Part shown: piece by piece, positions 61,570-64,000 of the stretch
How the letters are laid out: every line of letters begins with the position of its first letter
Numbering within the stretch: the first letter of the stretch is position 1
Assembly: GCA_041649555.1 (NCBI GenBank)
Contig: JBAZMS010000001.1
Span: 119,219-183,218, forward strand
Reading direction: 5' to 3'
DNA from: Candidatus Micrarchaeia archaeon
GTDB lineage: Archaea; Micrarchaeota; Micrarchaeia; Anstonellales; Bilamarchaeaceae
DNA: 64,000 bases
Made by a program: the position numbers and the translations under genes
Notes under the pieces: generated by a model
The model's database searches: none
The model's input: only the letters and a program-made list of their open reading frames with translations
What the model was told of the DNA's origin: nothing

Positions 61570-62777
61570 TTACAAAAGAAGAAGTACTAAGGCTAGTAAA
61601 ACAAGGAAAAACAAATGAATTAGTTAAATTAGGAAGCATAGTAGTAGATATACTAATTGAAAGTTTAAACTCTAACATTGATACCAAACATAGTATAACA
61701 GCCTTAGTAGAAATCGCAAAAACAGATGAAAATACTTTTCAAAGGCTAATTAAGGAATTGGAGAATAATACCTCTTGGAAGAGTAGAAGATACATTGCCC
61801 AATCATTAGGTTTACTAAAAGATAAAAGAGCAGTAAAAGCATTAGTAACAAGATTAGAAGACGAAAATGAAAATTTCCTTGTTAGAGAATCATGTGCAGA
61901 ATCCCTAGGAAAAATTAGGGATCCAAAGGCAGTAGATCCCCTAATAGAACTATTAAAAATCCACATGGGGGACCTTATGGAATCCTGCACAGAAGCATTG
62001 GCAGAAATAGCAAAAACAAATAGAAATACTTTTCGAAGAATAACTACTGAATTATTAAATAGTGATTCTGAAAATGTCAAGAAAGCCTGTGTAATGGCAC
62101 TAGACCTCATAAATGATTTAAGAGCAGTAGATTATTTGATAAAAGGATTAAAAGATAAAGATTCGGATGCTAGCCCAAGTATTATACATTTACTGGCCAA
62201 AATCGCAAGGAAAGATGACAGTACTTTCCAAAAACTCATAAAAGAATTATTGACCAATAATCTTCAATCTGTTAGGTTTTGCTGTGCAGTAGCATTAAAA
62301 TGTGTGGGGGATAGAATAGTAGAAAAAAATATAGAAAAAAGATTATTTGAGCTTTCGAAAAAAAATTCTTACACGAAAGGAGAATTTGCAAAAATAAAAC
62401 TTGAGATATATAAAATTTACTTTGAAATAACTGGGCACAAAAGTTTTCTAAGAGTAATGAATGAATATTTGTCTATAATACGGGATAAGACTTCAAAGAA
62501 AGAGTTTGCAAAAACAAAACTTGAGCTGTATAGGGCTCATGTAACTATAGTGGGATCAGAAAAAACATTAGAAACCATCAAAGGATATCTAGAACTTATA
62601 AAAAACGATTATTCCAAAGAAGAACTAGATAAAATTAAATTAAACTTATATTCTTTTTATAGAATGGTGTTTGAGTGTGAATCAGCCATAAGAGGAAAAA
62701 TGGATTTACCTAAACTAGAGATGAGACCACCAAAGAGAGGTCCTATAATACATGCTCAATTGAGGGTTGCAACATGA
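61566..62777 (+). CDS. HEAT-repeat paralogue G, 403 aa, with a triplicated C-terminal helical unit
   Basis: ATGA overlap with F. Starts MITKEEVLRLVKQGKTNELVKLG. Has three successive copies of the ...EFAKIKLEIY.IY... unit. Ends MDLPKLEMRPPKRGPIIHAQLRVAT. Confidence 0.8.
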   Translation: MITKEEVLRLVKQGKTNELVKLGSIVVDILIESLNSNIDTKHSITALVEIAKTDENTFQRLIKELENNTSWKSRRYIAQSLGLLKDKRAVKALVTRLEDENENFLVRESCAESLGKIRDPKAVDPLIELLKIHMGDLMESCTEALAEIAKTNRNTFRRITTELLNSDSENVKKACVMALDLINDLRAVDYLIKGLKDKDSDASPSIIHLLAKIARKDDSTFQKLIKELLTNNLQSVRFCCAVALKCVGDRIVEKNIEKRLFELSKKNSYTKGEFAKIKLEIYKIYFEITGHKSFLRVMNEYLSIIRDKTSKKEFAKTKLELYRAHVTIVGSEKTLETIKGYLELIKNDYSKEELDKIKLNLYSFYRMVFECESAIRGKMDLPKLEMRPPKRGPIIHAQLRVAT

Positions 62778-64000
62778 TAAACTCGGAAGAAACGTGGGGC
62801 GTATTAGAATTAATACGCAAAGGAAAAACCAAGAAACTAGTTAAATTAGGAAGAGAGGCAGCAGATATTTTAATAGCAGAATTGCAGAATCCCCATTTTG
62901 TTCATAAACAAACTTGTATAAACTCCTTAGTAGAAATAGCAAAATCCGATGAAGAAACTTTTCAGAGACTAATTGAAGAATTGGAAAATAGTAAAAACTT
63001 GAAAATTAAAGCAGGTTGTGCAAAAGCATTGGGTTTAACAGGGAATAGAAGGGCAACCACTGCATTAATAGAAGAGTTATGCAAAAATGATGGATCATCG
63101 TATCAATATTCTGATGTTAAAATAGCCTGCGCAGAAGCATTAGGCATGATGAGAGATAAACAAGCAATACCCTATTTGGTAAAGGAACTAAGGAATATGA
63201 ACCGTTCAGTTGGATTTGCCTGTATAAAATCCTTGGGAGAAATTGGAGGTCTGGCTGGGGCAGAAGCAATAATACAAAGATTAGAAGAGATAATAAATAT
63301 TTCAGGAATATGGGGAGATTTAGAAACAATTTGTAAAGAAACGCTAAGCAACATGGCTAAAAAAAATAAAGCCGTCCAGCAGTTTTTAATATATAAATTT
63401 GAGAATTCTGGTAATAACACAGTGAAAAATGTTTGCTTACAGGCGTTATGTCATATTGCTGATCCAAAACTTGCAGAATTTTATATAAAGAATTTAACTG
63501 GTCCTGCAGGTCCTGCTGTATATTGTGCAGAAGCATTAGGAAAAATAAAAGATAACAGAGCAATACCTTATTTATTAAATGGGCTAGAAAAAGAATATCA
63601 CGGTCTTAGAAGAGCCTGCGCAGAAGCATTAAAGAAAATAGGTGATCCAATAGCCGTAGATTATTTAATTAAACGATTGACAGACCTCCATCCTTCTGTT
63701 CGAAAAGCTTGTTCTGAAGCATTAAAGAAAATAGGTGATCCAAGAGGACTCTATTTTGAGAGAGTTATCTATGATGATGCAGGTGCTTTAAAGATCGGCA
63801 TGGATAACACCCTGAAAATTATTAAAGAATATCTTGATTTCATAGCAGATGAATATCCCGAGGAAAGAACAAGACAAATTAGACTAGGTTTATTTTTATA
63901 TTATAGAAGAATATTTGAAAAAGAATCCAGTTCAAGAATAAAAATGGAATTGCCTGAACTAAAAATAAGACCACCAGTGAAGGGCCCTATACTATATACT
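62774..64000 (+). CDS. HEAT-repeat paralogue H (3' end outside the window)
   Basis: ATGA overlap with G, and the frame is open for all 409 codons to the window edge. It is not in the ORF track because no stop is present. Reads MINSEETWGVLELIRKGKTKKLVKLG..., CAEALGKIKDNRAIPYL, CSEALKKIGDPRGLYFERVIYDD, ...MELPELKIRPPVKGPILYT. Confidence 0.8.
   Translation, partial: MINSEETWGVLELIRKGKTKKLVKLGREAADILIAELQNPHFVHKQTCINSLVEIAKSDEETFQRLIEELENSKNLKIKAGCAKALGLTGNRRATTALIEELCKNDGSSYQYSDVKIACAEALGMMRDKQAIPYLVKELRNMNRSVGFACIKSLGEIGGLAGAEAIIQRLEEIINISGIWGDLETICKETLSNMAKKNKAVQQFLIYKFENSGNNTVKNVCLQALCHIADPKLAEFYIKNLTGPAGPAVYCAEALGKIKDNRAIPYLLNGLEKEYHGLRRACAEALKKIGDPIAVDYLIKRLTDLHPSVRKACSEALKKIGDPRGLYFERVIYDDAGALKIGMDNTLKIIKEYLDFIADEYPEERTRQIRLGLFLYYRRIFEKESSSRIKMELPELKIRPPVKGPILYT

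Overview
This is a 64-kb AT-rich archaeal chromosomal window. Archaeal hallmarks are fibrillarin, aIF5B, archaeal-type PEP carboxylase, Taw1, archease, geranylgeranyl reductase, secF-secD, a C/D-box sRNA, a two-intron tRNA and an RNase P RNA. Tight gene packing, many 4-nt ATGA stop/start overlaps and GGTG/GGAGG-like ribosome-binding sites suggest a small-genome, possibly DPANN-type archaeon; that is inference only. Positions 1-50 kb are mostly housekeeping genes with small accessory patches. One patch is a Fic / AbiE toxin-antitoxin / TrmB group next to tRNA-Glu at 3.3-9.7 kb. Another is a 2.3-kb segment at 32.6-34.9 kb bracketed by a 21-bp direct repeat that duplicates the 5' end of a gene. 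The outstanding region is 50.1-64.0 kb. It holds a 117-bp tandem repeat and a miniaturised RNase P RNA. These are followed by a same-strand array of at least eight mosaic HEAT-repeat paralogues plus one collapsed pseudogene. The paralogues share near-identical N- and C-terminal modules and surround a CbbQ/NorQ-type MoxR AAA+ ATPase and a CbbO/NorD-type VWA protein that carries an HExxH motif. The array runs off the right edge of the window. I recognised no rRNA, CRISPR array, transposase or integrase. All family assignments rest on motifs read by eye and recalled from memory; no searches were run.
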